DNA of 64,000 nucleotides from Octopus bimaculoides (lineage: Eukaryota). Made by a program: the position numbers and the translations under genes. The stretch lies in NCBI RefSeq assembly GCF_001194135.2, contig NC_068996.1:13594164-13658163 (forward strand), given 5' to 3'. Of the stretch, positions 1-13,415 are shown in pieces; position 1 is the stretch's first letter; every line of letters begins with the position of its first letter. Below the pieces are notes generated by a model. That model did not search any database. It was not told the DNA's origin and saw nothing but the letters and a program-made list of their open reading frames with translations.

Positions 1-809
1 ACAACGTCATCATCATAGTGTCGAGCTACAGGCATATCTACCTGGTCAGTGAGATACTATAAGAATACGAAGCAATAACGAGAGTGAAAATTAACCGGGA
101 AAAGTCAGTGGGCTTGCGGCTCGGCACCTGTAGAAGCTAGCACATGCCGTCCAACAGCGTCTCTAGTGTGGGACACTTGACCGTCGGATCGGTTAAATTT
201 CTCAGGATCTGGTTCGGTCTGGACCTCCAAATGGAGAAGAACTGGAACCAGATAACGAGGAGAGTGGCCAGTCTCACCCAGTAATGGGCCGAGAGGAAGC
301 TATCTCTAAAAGTCGGGCTGAGGTGGCGAATACCTACATCACATCCGTCATCTACTATCGTCTGACCGCCATGCTCTCTAGCAACTCTGCCGACGGGATA
401 AAACTTGTGCGAAGGCATTCTATAGAAGATTAGTGGAGGAGAATTGCAATAACGTTCTTAGAGAGATCCTGGGCGTCATCGAGGAGTACCATGCCCGCCT
501 CTTCAGGACCACTTTCGGGCCGGGACCTATGGACAATTTCCAGAGATCCCTGGCCTGGCAGTGCTATCGGAAGCATTGCCCGTTCGGGATAAGCTCTATA
601 GGCACGGTTCTAGAAACACCGGACCGACTTGTCCAAGGTGTGAACGATACCGTTCTGCGAGCACTCGTGAAATGTCCAAATATTTCAGACCTGTGGGTTT
701 ATGTCGAACAGCTGCTGTCAGGTGTGGGACGAATTCGGTTGTTGGCCGAGACTAGCGTGAATATTGCTCCACCACCTTCATTTAACCGGGAAGTCAAGGC
801 AGTTTTCAT
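1..809 (+). mobile_element. Degenerate L1/Tx1-clade non-LTR retrotransposon ORF2 fragment (end of RT domain plus C-terminal Cys-rich region)
   Basis: The frame from nt 3 reads NVIIIVSS..YEAITRVKINREKSVGLRLG..FLRIWFGLDLQMEKNW..WAERKLSLK. After frameshifts it continues RAEVANTYI, AWQCY, LPVRDKLYRHG..CPRC. It has several stops and is cut by the N gap at 810. Confidence 0.8.
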
Positions 810-1313
810 NNNNNNNNNNNNNNNNNNNNNNNNNNNNNNNNNNNNNNNNNNNNNNNNNNNNNNNNNNNNNNNNNNNNNNNNNNNNNNNNNNNNNNNNNNN
901 NNNNNNNNNNNNNNNNNNNNNNNNNNNNNNNNNNNNNNNNNNNNNNNNNNNNNNNNNNNNNNNNNNNNNNNNNNNNNNNNNNNNNNNNNNNNNNNNNNNN
1001 NNNNNNNNNNNNNNNNNNNNNNNNNNNNNNNNNNNNNNNNNNNNNNNNNNNNNNNNNNNNNNNNNNNNNNNNNNNNNNNNNNNNNNNNNNNNNNNNNNNN
1101 NNNNNNNNNNNNNNNNNNNNNNNNNNNNNNNNNNNNNNNNNNNNNNNNNNNNNNNNNNNNNNNNNNNNNNNNNNNNNNNNNNNNNNNNNNNNNNNNNNNN
1201 NNNNNNNNNNNNNNNNNNNNNNNNNNNNNNNNNNNNNNNNNNNNNNNNNNNNNNNNNNNNNNNNNNNNNNNNNNNTATATATATATATATATATATGTAT
1301 GTATATATATGTA

Positions 1314-1695
1314 TACTCTTTACTCTTTTACTCTTTTACTTGTTTCAGTCATTTGACTGCGACCATGCTGGAGCACCGCCTTTAGTCGAGCAAATTGACT
1401 CCAGGACTTATTCTTTGGAAGCCTAGTACTTATTCTATTGGTGTCTTTTGCCGAACTGCTAAGTTACAGGGACGTAAACACACCAGCATCAGTTGTCAAG
1501 CAATGTTGGGGTGACAAACACAGACACACAAGCACACACACATATATATATACGTATGCATATATACGACGAGCTTCTTTCAGTTTCCGTCTACTAAGTC
1601 CACTCACAAGGCTTTGGTCAATTCGAAGCAATAGTAGAGGGCACTTGCTCAAGTTGCCATGCAGTGAGAATGAACCCGGAACCATTGAAGGCGGA
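1314..1695 (-). mobile_element. tRNA-derived SINE, family A (5'-degraded copy)
   Basis: Reverse complement matches the copies at 44627 and 51304: GGAAACTGAAAGAAG, internal TA/TG microsatellite, GCTCCAGCATGG..GCAGTCAAATGACTGAAACAAG, and (AAAGAGT)n-like tail. Confidence 0.85.
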
Positions 1696-2502
1696 ACCAT
1701 GTATGTATCATTGTAAGTATGTATATTCAATGACACAGTATCAAGTATAAAACATTTGCAATCGGCTGGCATTTCAAGGAATGTTGGACTGTCTTCGTCA
1801 ACGTATGCAAGTTTAATGCTTATTCGTATATGACAGTGTGCAACGTTTGTAAAATGATTAAGCAAAGCGGTGCAAAAGAAATTTTACCACCGATTTTGTT
1901 TTAACATAGAAGGGGAACAATCCTTTTAGATTCAGTTATAAGATCCTGGTTTAAAATAAATGATTTATAATATGAGTGAGGTAGATAACATTATGTTAAG
2001 CACATAAATGAATAGACTGACAAATTACAAAATTAGAAATAAAATTTAGAAAACCGGCATCAATGTTAAAACTGTTTATTTTTACAATTTTATATTTCTT
2101 TCTTTATATTTCGTACTTTTATTTCATGTTTGTTTTGTACGATTTTACTTTCATTATTTTTTGAACTTCATTATAATTGCGTTAATCAATCACAGTTTTT
2201 GAATGGTTTCTATATTTTTTAAATATTTTTTGTGTGAAGCTTACCAAACGTTACAATACAAACCGACACACGAGAGCTGAACGTAAATGTGCATGAGTGG
2301 ATGGGGGCATATGCTATATACGGATGTACGTACATACGCACATGCTCTTATATTTCACATATTTTACATTTCTATTTCATATTATTTTATTATGTTATAC
2401 TCTCATATATTACATTTTTATAATTATAGTTAGCGTCTCCTATAACACAAACATTACAACCGAATATCACTCATCTACATGCGCATGTCTAGGTATAGAT
2501 CT

Positions 2503-2510
2503 GTGTATGT

Positions 2511-2541
<31 letters not shown>

Positions 2542-2582
2542 AGTGCGTACGTGTGTGCGTGTAAGATTGTATACATATGTAC

Positions 2583-2678
<96 letters not shown>

Positions 2679-2680
2679 TT
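2503..2680. repeat. Compound (GT)n/(AT)n microsatellite
   Basis: Seen directly in the sequence. Confidence 0.95.
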
Positions 2681-3177
2681 TATTGAAAAACATCAAAATA
2701 ACACAAAAATTGTTACTCAGAGTTTCACGTTCCTGTTCGTTATACAGTTTTGTTTAGAATGGAACAGAAATAGGGTTATAAGCAAACACATCCAATTACT
2801 TTAATGGATACAGATTTGAAAATGGTTTTGCTTCATTAGTCCTTCAACGTGACGGTCCTTACAATGACCGGTAGCTTGCAATGAACGAATTTCGGTATAA
2901 AAATCTTATTATGAAATCGAAAAAACCTTAATCAAAAAAGCTTATAATAGGACAGAGTCTAAATGCATAAGGTAAATAATTATTTGTAAAATATAAATCA
3001 ATTAATACATGGAAAGTTATATCCGTTTAAAAATTTTTAAAAAATCACGTTAGATTACATATACATTTAGCAGCATATGCACATACTAAACCATCTATAA
3101 TATACATATATACACTAAAACGTACAGATACATGTACAAAGCTATATACATATACAGGCGAGACATAAATATATATC

Positions 3178-3342
3178 GGAGACCCCCTTCGGTCACGAAT
3201 GACCATGAGATTTCATCTAGAAAGTTACCCTCCGAGGCACAAGTCTGGGCAAGGTTGTTTATGGAAGACAAATAGTTGCCCATGAATACCAGCCTCCCCT
3301 CTCCACGCTACCGATGTTATCCAAGAGAAAGGCTGTAACGTC
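3178..3342 (-). mobile_element. 3' fragment of tRNA-derived SINE, family C
   Basis: Clearly homologous to 18740-18890 (GACCATGAGATT..CTAGAAAGTT..ATACCAGCCTCC..GATGTTATCCAAG). Confidence 0.75.
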
Positions 3343-3664
3343 GTTCCTGCCAGACGTTGGAGGAATTTTTTCTCCCGAAAAACAAACGTCGGGGATGAAC
3401 TTACAGTCCTTAGGAGAACGGGCTTGATATTTTTCACCTATCAACAGAAGAACGCCCGAATACCAGATTTATCTCATGAGTCTATTGTCAAATAATGGCC
3501 CACATTCTGATTCTCCGCTGCCGTAACTTTGCAGTGTGCTATTTCCCGCATACGGTTCTATTTCCTGCACAAAGTTTGTTTGGTGCCCAAACAGCTGGAG
3601 AAAGGTAATGATCTCCCCTGCTTCTTATAAAAGCAGTCACTTAATTTACAAAATATCCTTCCTT

Positions 3665-3870
3665 CTAAATTGAACCCAAACAACTTAAGAAAGCCACAAA
3701 GGCGATTGGTAAAGCAGCTGAAGCCAGGTTAAGTTGGCTATCGTCCACAAGAAACTGCAGATGGAGCACTTCCACAGTTGAAGATTAATTCAGTCTTCGT
3801 TGACCGCCACCCTCAGATGAAGCGTAGAGGCAATGGGGCGAAACGCTTGTGAAGCTGAGATATTTGCTAA
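3665..3870 (+). mobile_element. 3' end of a Hero-like (restriction-endonuclease-like, REL) non-LTR element: last codons plus 3' UTR
   Basis: Reads IEPKQLKKATKAIGKAAEARLSWLSSTRNCRWSTSTVED*, which resembles Hero C-termini as I recall them. The short UTR that follows can form stems. Confidence 0.5.
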
Positions 3871-3925
3871 AAATACAAAAACTTTTCCAACTTTTCAATC
3901 GCTTTAACTACTGTTAGGAGGAGAG

Positions 3926-3978
3926 CTGGCGATATCTTTAACTGGCGATATCTTTAACTGGCGATATCTTTAACTGGC
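3926..3978. repeat. 16-bp tandem repeat CTGGCGATATCTTTAA x3.3
   Basis: Three exact copies at 3926, 3942 and 3958. Confidence 0.95.
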
Positions 3979-4239
3979 TCCTACAGTTCCTGCGCGGAGC
4001 AATGTTTTTTTCTATAGCATTACCACATTATATATTGCCCTACTCTCATTTAGACTTTCGTTATGTTTCCTTTCTCACTAAAATCTCTGTTCTCTTGACA
4101 GTTTAATTCTAAACCACATATTTCACTTAAGAATTGCTCACTTTACCCCTACCCATTCTCTCCTCTTTTTTAAATCATATACACCTAAATTTTTTTAATC
4201 TATATTTTTAACATTGAGTTTTCTGAAACACTTTATGTA

Positions 4240-5030
4240 TTCCTCCTCCACCTCTGCCACCTCCTCCTCATTATCATTCTCCTCCTCCTCCTCCTGGCCT
4301 CTCCTCCTTCTACTCCACCTCCTCCCAAACTCTCCTCCTACTCCTCCACCTCTTCTACCTTCTCCTCCTCCCCACCTCCTCTTCCTCCTCCACCACCACC
4401 ACCTCCTCCACCACCACCACCTCCTCCACCACCACCACCTCCTCACCTCCTCCACTNNNNNNNNNNNNNNNNNNNNNNNNNNNNNNNNNNNNNNNNNNNN
4501 NNNNNNNNNNNNNNNNNNNNNNNNNNNNNNNNNNNNNNNNNNNNNNNNNNNNNNNNNNNNNNNNNNNNNNNNNNNNNNNNNNNNNNNNNNNNNNNNNNNN
4601 NNNNNNNNNNNNNNNNNNNNNNNNNNNNNNNNNNNNNNNNNNNNNNNNNNNNNNNNNNNNNNNNNNNNNNNNNNNNNNNNNNNNNNNNNNNNNNNNNNNN
4701 NNNNNNNTCCTCTTCCTCCTCTCTGCTCTTCCACCTCTCTCCTCTTCCTCCCCTCTTCTTCTACTTCCTCCTCTCTCCTCTTCCTCCCCTCTTCTTCTTC
4801 TTCTTCTTCTTCTTCTGCTTCCTCCTCCTCCTCCTCCTCCCCTCTTCTTCTTCTTCTTCTTCTTCTTCTTCTTCTTCTTCTTCTTCTTCTTCCTCCTCCT
4901 CCTCCTCCCCTCTTCTTCTTCTTTTTCTTCTTATTCTTCTTCTTCTTCTTCTTCTTCTTCTTCTTCTTCTTCCTTACCCTCCTTTCATCTTTCAGCCCCC
5001 TTCCTATTCCCTCGTTTCCCTTCCCCCCTC
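4240..5030. repeat. Pyrimidine-rich compound (CCT)n/(CAC)n/(CTT)n tract with internal gap 4457-4707
   Basis: Seen directly in the sequence. Confidence 0.95.
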
Positions 5031-5804
5031 TACTTCACCTTCTGAGCCTCCACTTTCTTTTCCGATTTCAATAATCACGGATTGGCGGTGTCGTCCAGCC
5101 CAATTATTTCATGCTTATTACTATAACTAACTGCGAGACTGTAACATCCTCTACCACAACTACATGGCTATTGCTATGAAGATATACAAGCTATAATATA
5201 CATAATAAAAACCCTATGGTTGTGACAATAATTACTGCAAAGCAATAACTTCCACCACAACTTTCAAAAACATAGTTATTTCAACCATAAAGAGGCTGTA
5301 ACATCCATTACAACTACCTGTTGGTTATTACAATAATAGTGGCTGTAATATCTATTTCAACTACCACATTATTATTATTACAATAATCACAGAGAGGTTG
5401 TATGAGTCATCGAGGAAGAATCTCGCTCCGACTGTGACCACCCCATCTGCTTTATCCATCAGCAATTTATTGTTCACTATACTTTCGTATACATACAAAA
5501 CAATTGCATATAATTTGAAGGACATTTGACTGCTATTTCTTGTTATTCGTGTCACCATATTGAGTCTTGTTGTTGATACTGTTGCTCTTTCTGATAGTAT
5601 TGATGTTGTTTTTGCTCGCTGTACAGTTATTTCTATTACTGTCTTACGCAAGATGTGTATATTGCTCTTACTCTCTTATGATAAATGAGTATAGCTCGCT
5701 TCTCTTATTATTGTATTAGTCTCTTCTCGTTACTGCTTCCAAGGCCATCTGTAAAAAGAAAAAAAGAAATAGAAAAAAATTAGAAGAAAAAAATAACCAT
5801 TTAC

Positions 5805-5923
5805 CTTATCGAAGAACGAAGTAAAATTGAAATATCTTCCCCTAGAGCGGATATATATTCAACCAAAATGTCTCCCTGCAGCAACTCAATGTGTTGCAAA
5901 TGGAACGAGACAAGAACATTCAA
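5805..5923 (-). CDS. Candidate 119-nt coding exon of an unidentified gene
   Basis: Flanked by tttgtattgcattttAG and GTaaat. Only phase 0 is open: LNVLVSFHLQHIELLQGDILVEYISALGEDISILLRSSI. No homolog recognised. Confidence 0.25.
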
Positions 5924-6481
5924 CTAAAATGCAATACAAATAAATAGTTCCACAGGCAAGACAAGAATGTATGATGGATTACGGAGCGTGAGTTTATTGA
6001 GATCACGATACAAAAATAACAAAGGAAAAGTGGTTCCGAAACGGTGTCTTCTCGAAAAGTTAATTCCGAACAGGAAGACCCGTCTCATACTGTTATCGTC
6101 CAAAAAAATAAAAAGAAAAAAAAAAGGAACGCTAGACCATGAACATTAGAAAGAAGTGTTGCAGTATAACTACGCATCAGTATTATATCCAATACACGTC
6201 AGCGTTATAAAAGAGGCGTGTTATAAAAGACCAAAGAATTTTACAGAGAGTTTGACAAACGTGAAAAAAAAATAAAAAGGAATAAAGAAAAACATAAAAG
6301 AAACGAAAATCAAATACTGGAGCACAAAATAACATCAACAAAAATTGAAGAAAAATGGAACGGAATATAAAACTCAAACATTCAGCACAATCCAAAACAA
6401 TGAATCAGAAGGGAAATATAAAATATAAAATATCACACTGAGTATTGCCCACCATTATCGGCAAGAACATCTTCAACATTG

Positions 6482-6688
6482 TTTTCAAATTTAGCACAAG
6501 GCCAGCAATTTCTGGAAAGAGGGTACGCCGATTACATCAAACCCAGAGCTCAGATGGTACTTATTTTATCGAACCTGAAAGGATGAACAGCAAAGTCGAT
6601 CCCCGCGGAATTTAAACTCAGGAAGAGAAGACGTACGAAATACCGTAAAGCATTTTCCCCGGCTTCCTAACGATTCTGCCAGCTCACC
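6482..6688 (-). mobile_element. tRNA-derived SINE, family B
   Basis: Reverse complement begins GGTGAGCTGGCAGAATCGTTAG and has B-box-like GAGTTTAAATTCC and TTCATCCTTTCAGGTTCGATAAAATAAGTACC. It is homologous to 16985, 60030 and 62976. Confidence 0.85.
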
Positions 6689-6950
6689 AAGAACTGCCTG
6701 CAAGTGGAAAGTTCCAGCGATTAAAAAGGTCTCAAATTTCTGAGTGAAATATCTGATCAGTACCAGTAGATATATGGCAGAAAACTAAAATCAATACATA
6801 TTTAGATGTTGGAATGGAAAACAATATTTATTGCACAACACAAATCTACAGCAGCCCTCCCCCTCCAAAATAAAAAAAATCTATAGGCCTATATCTCATT
6901 TACCAATAGCATACGCAGTTCTTACATCCATCTTCTATAACAAGCTGTAA

Positions 6951-7060
6951 CAAAAACAACGAAAACAACAACAAAAACAACGAAAACAACAACAAAAACA
7001 ACGAAAACAACAACAAAAAACAACAACAGCGACATCAACAACAGCAACAACAATAATGAT
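6951..7060. repeat. 21-bp unit GAAAACAACAACAAAAACAAC x3 grading into (AAC)n
   Basis: Seen directly in the sequence. Confidence 0.85.
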
Positions 7061-8329
7061 AATACCAATAAACAATAAACACGGGGTTTAACATGCTAGA
7101 ACTGTATCCGACTGTTTCTAAAAATCATTTAACACCAATTAAAAAACAACAAGTCAAAGCTGAAAATGTTACGAAAATGTTTATTACACAATAAATCAAT
7201 AGTTTACTTACACATTAGAATTTTATTGCCTTTTTACCTGATATAATTAATGTATTTCAAATGTTTATATTTGCCAGTGATCGGCCACCACATATAAGGA
7301 AACTAACAGAACACAAATCATCTATAGCAAATTTTGTCATTCCTCACAAAATTAAATGACAAACATTATATGTAAAAGCCATATCATTTAGTTTAGTCTA
7401 ACGTTAAAAGGAGAATGCGCAGTTTTGAATTTTATGCAAAATGTACGAGTAAAGGTAGTGTTAAACACTCAGCATCATCGAAACAAAGTTACCTGAAAAA
7501 ATTATAACCTAAATAAGGATGTGATTTTATTATTATTATTTTGTTTATTTATTCCTGAAGTGTTGTAAGTGAAAGAAAACAAACATTAGTAGACCGTGAG
7601 AAAGATATCAAGAAAAGCTGGAAAGAAAAACTGAACGAGAAAAATATGCGTGTAAGTTTTTAGAACACCAACTTCAGGAAAACTAGGGTATGGGGCTGAT
7701 TAAGGAAAGGGGACTTGAAGTAATACTTCGTTTATGAAAGCGAAACTATGATAAAGTGTTCGTGTAAAATTTAGAGAGAAATTAATTCTGATGTAGAAGT
7801 AACAGTAGATCTCAACAAACTAATTTTGGAAAATACATTCTCAAAACCAAAAAGATATCTGTTATAGAAATAGAATACTTGATAGGAACAAAACACAAAT
7901 GAACAAATAAAAAAAAATAAGCGCAAAAACAAAAAAAAATAAATAAATGAGAACCAGAGATAAACATTTTGAGAATATAAACCACGCAGAAAGACATAAC
8001 ATATTCAAAACAAAACCAAAGAAAAAAATTAAACATAACGAAATCAAACACTGAAACACAGAATGCTAACCAGCAACAAAACCAAACAAGAACAGTAGAA
8101 AACAGGTCCATAAATGGAAATACAAGAAAGGTTAAGAGTAGAAAATTGTAAAGATGGAAATTACCAATATGACAATAATGAGAATTTTGAGAGTTAAAGA
8201 ATTAAAAATCACTAATCTCCTATCGCAGATTTAATGACAACAGATACATACATCAATATAAAAGAAGTAATAAATGTTACAGTCATTGCAGATATAAAGT
8301 AGAGAGGACATACTTTTAGCTTTACTAAT

Positions 8330-10530
8330 ATAGCAATGTTATAAACTTGTAAACCACGTGGGAAATAAAGATACAGAACAAAAGATATAACATATCGAAA
8401 TCTTTAACAAGTTCAATTACAAAAAAGACAGTTAAAAAAGGGTTAGACAAAAACTACAGAAATTTAACAGAAAAAAAATTACTCGAAATCAAAGAATGCA
8501 TGAAATAAGATATTCTGGCTGAATGGCAAGGAACCCGTTATTATGAAAACTGACAACGATTCTTTGAACAAAAGAAAAAAAACCGCTTGAATCAAACTCC
8601 AAACGAATGTTTCTCAAGTACTGGAACTAGAAATAGATACAGCACCAATAGCAGCAGAAGTTGAAGAACTCTAGAGATGATTATGGGCAGCGAAGGAATT
8701 ACTATAGACAAATTCTTCAAAACTGCGAACATAGCATCTGTGCAATCGTGGAAGCTCACATCAACTCAAGAATAGCCAATACATTTCAAAAATCGAAGAA
8801 CTGGCAGGATTCAGGAAATAATAATATCCTAAATTTCTGGTTAAAATATTTTAGAACCGCAGATAATAAAGTATTATACTTGCAGAGATGTTTAATGGCA
8901 TCCTATTAATAAAAGAAGCGGAAATGATACCTGACTAGTTCACCGAAGGTAAAAAAAAAGAACTATCTTAATATCCAAGACTAAAGAAACAGCTAATTCT
9001 TAAAAACACAGATACATAACCTGCCTCCCTACAGCTTACAAAACCTTAACTGAAATAATATCGTAGAGGATAAATATAAATAGAAAAAAAAAACCAAAAG
9101 AAGAAGAAAGAGACAATTAATTTTCAGAAGAAAATACGAGATGCGGCAAAGATTCCTTGGCTGTAAAGATAAATTACAGAAGAAAAAAGTCATAAATGAA
9201 GACTACGGAAGGAGAAGGAAGGCTTTTGATAATGGTTTACGGGAATGTGTTCGGAAAGCCTTTAACTACTAAGGTAGCACCAATAAAAAGGATAAACATT
9301 AAATATGTCATGGATAAATGGAGAAAAATTCTGCAGATTCAAAGAGGGAATTATAACATATAACCCCTTACCATTAAACTGGGTCTTCCCATCTCAACTT
9401 GTTTAACCAAACTATGAAAACTGATGATACGTGTTTTCAAATGCTATGGGAAGAAAATCAACGTTTTTGGTATATGCATGGACGTTACGAATTTACTTGA
9501 AGAATTAGCATGAAGTTTTGTTTACAAACGTGCACAAGAATAATCTTGGGGTGTAGAATTTAAATCAGGAACAGTAATATTGTGATAGCTAAAGAATTAA
9601 TGATAACACAATTCCATCAAGCGCCAACTTAAAGCATAAGAAACTACACAAAGTAGAAATATGCTCATGAAAAAAATACGGAAAATATATTATCGGTGTA
9701 AAATTAGCTAAATGCAAAGAAAAAAAAAATAGCAAGAATCAATACACTAGAGGTACCTGCAATAAGTTATTGTTATAATATTCTCAAATGGGTACTAAAT
9801 AAGTTAGCAAGACTAGGTAAAAACAATGACTGCACTTAGAATACATTAGAATACATTAGCATTAATCCACCAAAATCTGATGCCTTCTGATTATATTTGC
9901 CACACATTCAAAGTGTTATGAGTTCTATGCAGCTGGAAAACTAGTATAAAATATCCACTGCAGAGCTAGTAAATATCTAGTAAAGAATGACAGAAAACTA
10001 ATACAAATAACAACATAACATAAACAATACAACCTGTCCCTGTATGTTATCTGCCAGGGTGATAATAAAGACAAAATAGACGTTAAAATAGAAGTCTGTA
10101 GTAAGAAGAAAGAGATAAAAAGAAATTATGACTCCTATAAAAATTCAAAAATAGTGGTACAGCACACAATGTCATGCAAAAGCGATGAGAAGGCAACACT
10201 TTAGGCGGCTAACATCTGAAAAATCTAAATGGATGCAATAATAACTACTGTATGAAAAGTGTGAGTGTGAAAGCTGAGATTAAGACATTGTTGATTACGG
10301 TGCTGGGTCAAATCCTCCCCACCAGAATCCAGCGAAAGAAAGTGATGTAACGGAATACACTAACTGTAGAATATGTAGAGTTTTGGGGGGAAAAAGTAAA
10401 TTCATTGTCTCTGATTGACCTGTCTCGTATAAAAAATAATATACACTTGCAAGTATGACAGAGTTCAGGGCTTTCATACACTGGAGGATATACCAGCATT
10501 CAGGTGCTCCAGCAAAACCTGTGATAAAGG
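8330..10530 (+). mobile_element. Old R4/Dong-clade non-LTR retrotransposon remnant (RT region to CCHC finger)
   Basis: Broken frames give NFWLKYF, IPD*FTEG, HRYITCLPTAYKTLTEII, then CRICRV and YDRV..FIHW. It ends at the (AAT)n array. Confidence 0.7.
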
Positions 10531-10532
10531 GA

Positions 10533-10757
<225 letters not shown>

Positions 10758-10764
10758 GAAGAGG

Positions 10765-11990
10765 AAAAGATTTTTGACAGATAAATACGAGAATTGTTGA
10801 CAATACATAGAATGCACCATCCCCTGGCATATATAGAACTCTTTACCTGCCAAGAAGAGAGAGTGGCCATGGACTTTCACAACTGGAATTAACAATGAAG
10901 GTTGCCACAATTGACCTAAGTACTTACCTGATAATCTCTGATGAGCGGATGTTAAAACGTTGACATAAAGTATGAAACCAAGAAAGCATCATACTCAGTA
11001 ACAAAACAAGCAAAGACATATCTAAGTGAATCCTAAATACAACAAATCCCAGAATTAGACGTACTGGAAACAAGCACAGAAAAAGCTAAGCGTATGAAAA
11101 CCTGTGCTAAAACTGATGCCTTAGATATTCTTACTGATAAATGCCAAGAAGAAACCTCTCAATGGCAAATGCCCCAAAAGAGCTAATAATGCCGATGTTG
11201 ACAAAACCCTTACCCATCAATAGCCAACATATTAAAGAAAGACAGTAGCCGAACATGCTTATGTAAACAACAAAATGAAGCCATCGATCATTTTGTTTTC
11301 ATGTGCCATCTTCTTGCATCAAAACAGTAACTCAACAGGTATGATAGAGCAGCACTGTATATTCACTGGGTAATTTGCAGAGACTTTGACCTGTCCCATG
11401 ATAAAAACTGGTGGGAACACAAACCACCTGCAGTGCTTGAAAATGATCACATTTCACTCATCTGGAACTTCACCGCTTAAACTGACAGAAAGATAGATGC
11501 GAATAGGCAAGATATTATATTGAAAGACTTCAGACAAAATCATGCCTCCTCATTGATATGGCTGTCCCAATCGACATAAATGTATCTGAGTAAGTATAAA
11601 GATCTTGAAATAGAAATTGGCAAAATATGGAACCTCAAGTCAAGAACAATACCTATTGTCATAGGTGCCCTAGAAATTATAGGAAAAGGGACTGATTGCT
11701 ACCTAGCTCAGATGCCAAGAAACCCCAAAATGAAAGAAATTCAAAAAATAGTGCTTATGAGAATTGCCCATATCCTACATGAAATACTGTCTTTGAAATC
11801 TCAAATTTTAAAAGAAGCTTATAATGTTCTTATGTTTTCTTAGACATTCTCTTGAACAATACTTTGTGCGAAACCAAATATATGACACCTTGTGATAGCA
11901 CCAAATTGAACTTCTAACTTGTCGTCTCTTGAGGTTTCTAGGTGAGACTTGGAATCAACTTGTACAAATACAAAGCAAAAGCCAAACATA
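10765..11990 (+). mobile_element. 5'-truncated R4/Dong-clade element (CCHC finger, REL nuclease, 3' UTR)
   Basis: Reads RMHHP..LPRRESGHGLSQLELTMK, CLCKQQNEAIDH, NRQDIILKD, IDMAVP, SKYKDLEIEIGKIWNLK..IPIVIGALE. It is followed by an (AAC)/(AAT) array. Confidence 0.9.
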
Positions 11991-12057
11991 TAATAACAAT
12001 GATAACAACAACGGCAACAATAGCAATAACAATTACAACAACAGCAATAACAACAGC

Positions 12058-12097
<40 letters not shown>

Positions 12098-12105
12098 GCA
12101 ACAAC

Positions 12106-12146
<41 letters not shown>

Positions 12147-12150
12147 TGAT
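11991..12150. repeat. Compound (AAC)n(AAT)n microsatellite
   Basis: Seen directly in the sequence. Confidence 0.95.
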
Positions 12151-12990
12151 AATGAGGAAGATAAATGATATCACTGATGATATCAACACTGACAACATCA
12201 CAGACATCAACAATCTGATGAATGCAATCTCGATCTTTATAGCCCGGAAGTTAGGTTTGAAAGCCAAAGGTAAATGTCAGCATAACCTGAAGGAACCATG
12301 GTGGAAAAGGGTAATAACGCAGTCTATTAACGAGACCAGAAAACATATTAATAGTCTGGCGGAAAAAAAAGAAATGAAACTCAGTGAGAGAAATATGTCG
12401 AGCTAGAGAGTAAGTTTAGGGTGAAGAGAAAGGGAATCAATGTTGTAATTGAGGAATTAAAACAGAGGTTGAAAGCTAAAGCACATAAACTAGAGAGATT
12501 TGAACAGAGAATTGAGTAGTACAGATTAAACAGACTTTTCGAACAAAATCAGAATCGAGTCTACCAGGAATTGGATAGGAAAGAAAAAGGAGGAAAAGCC
12601 GTACCGGATGATGAAGAAAGCAAGATTCTGGGCAAACATATGGCCTCAGGACAAACAACACGAAACCGAAGCGGACGGGTTAAAGGCACTCAGAGAGGAG
12701 AGTGGAAAGTGTCAACAGGAAGATTTGAGAATAACCGAGATGATTAGAGAGCAGTGCAGGAGAATTCTTAACTGGAAAGCACCTGGCCCAGATGGGCTTA
12801 AAAGCTTAAGAGCTCGGCGCAGGAGAACTGTGACACAGCCGAATGAAATACTGAGTAGTGACATCCAAGTACCGGCCTGGATGACAAAAGAAAGAACGGT
12901 ACCAAGCCAGAAGGACCCAAGTAAAGGGAATGCGGTTGTCACTGGTGTGGAAACTGATGACGGCCATCATATCGAACAGCACCTATAGGT
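12150..12990 (+). mobile_element. Internal fragment of an R4/Dong-clade element (pre-RT region)
   Basis: Reads KEPWWKR, EELKQRLKAKAHKLERFEQR, NRLFEQNQ, FWANIW, NWKAPGPDGL, PAWMTK. It has frameshifts and deletions. Confidence 0.8.
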
Positions 12991-13002
12991 ACCTAGATGA
13001 GA

Positions 13003-13090
13003 ACGACCTACTATCAGTGGTACTTAATTTATCGACCCCGAAAGGATGAAAGGTGAAGCTGACCTCAGTGGAATTTGAACTCAGAACATA
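13003..13090 (-). mobile_element. Partial SINE family B
   Basis: GGTACTTAATTTATCGACCCCGAAAGGATGAAAGG..GGAATTTGAACTCAGAAC matches the other family B copies. Confidence 0.8.
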
Positions 13091-13096
13091 ATAATG

Positions 13097-13415
13097 CAGT
13101 ACCAGGCACTGGCTCTCATGGTTTCTGATCTTAATTGATTGGAAGTGTTATCATGTACATTGTTTTGTCTTGGTATAAAAAGATGGGTTACAACAAATAT
13201 TCTGCTTAATACCACAGATTTGCTTGTCAGTTGTTTGACCTTAACCAGTTGAGCATGTCCCTTAGTGGCTGACGATATGTGAATCTCTGATCACGTGCAG
13301 AAGTGGGAGAGCATCATAGCTATGCATTGAGAGGGATTATTTGGGACTTGCATAATTCACCTTTGGAAACATAAGTGTGTCGATCAACATTCTTAAACAG
13401 CCCTTATTCAGGGAT
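13097..13415. repeat. Unclassified interspersed repeat
   Basis: Resembles a common octopus dispersed repeat from memory only. There is no second copy in this window. Confidence 0.35.
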
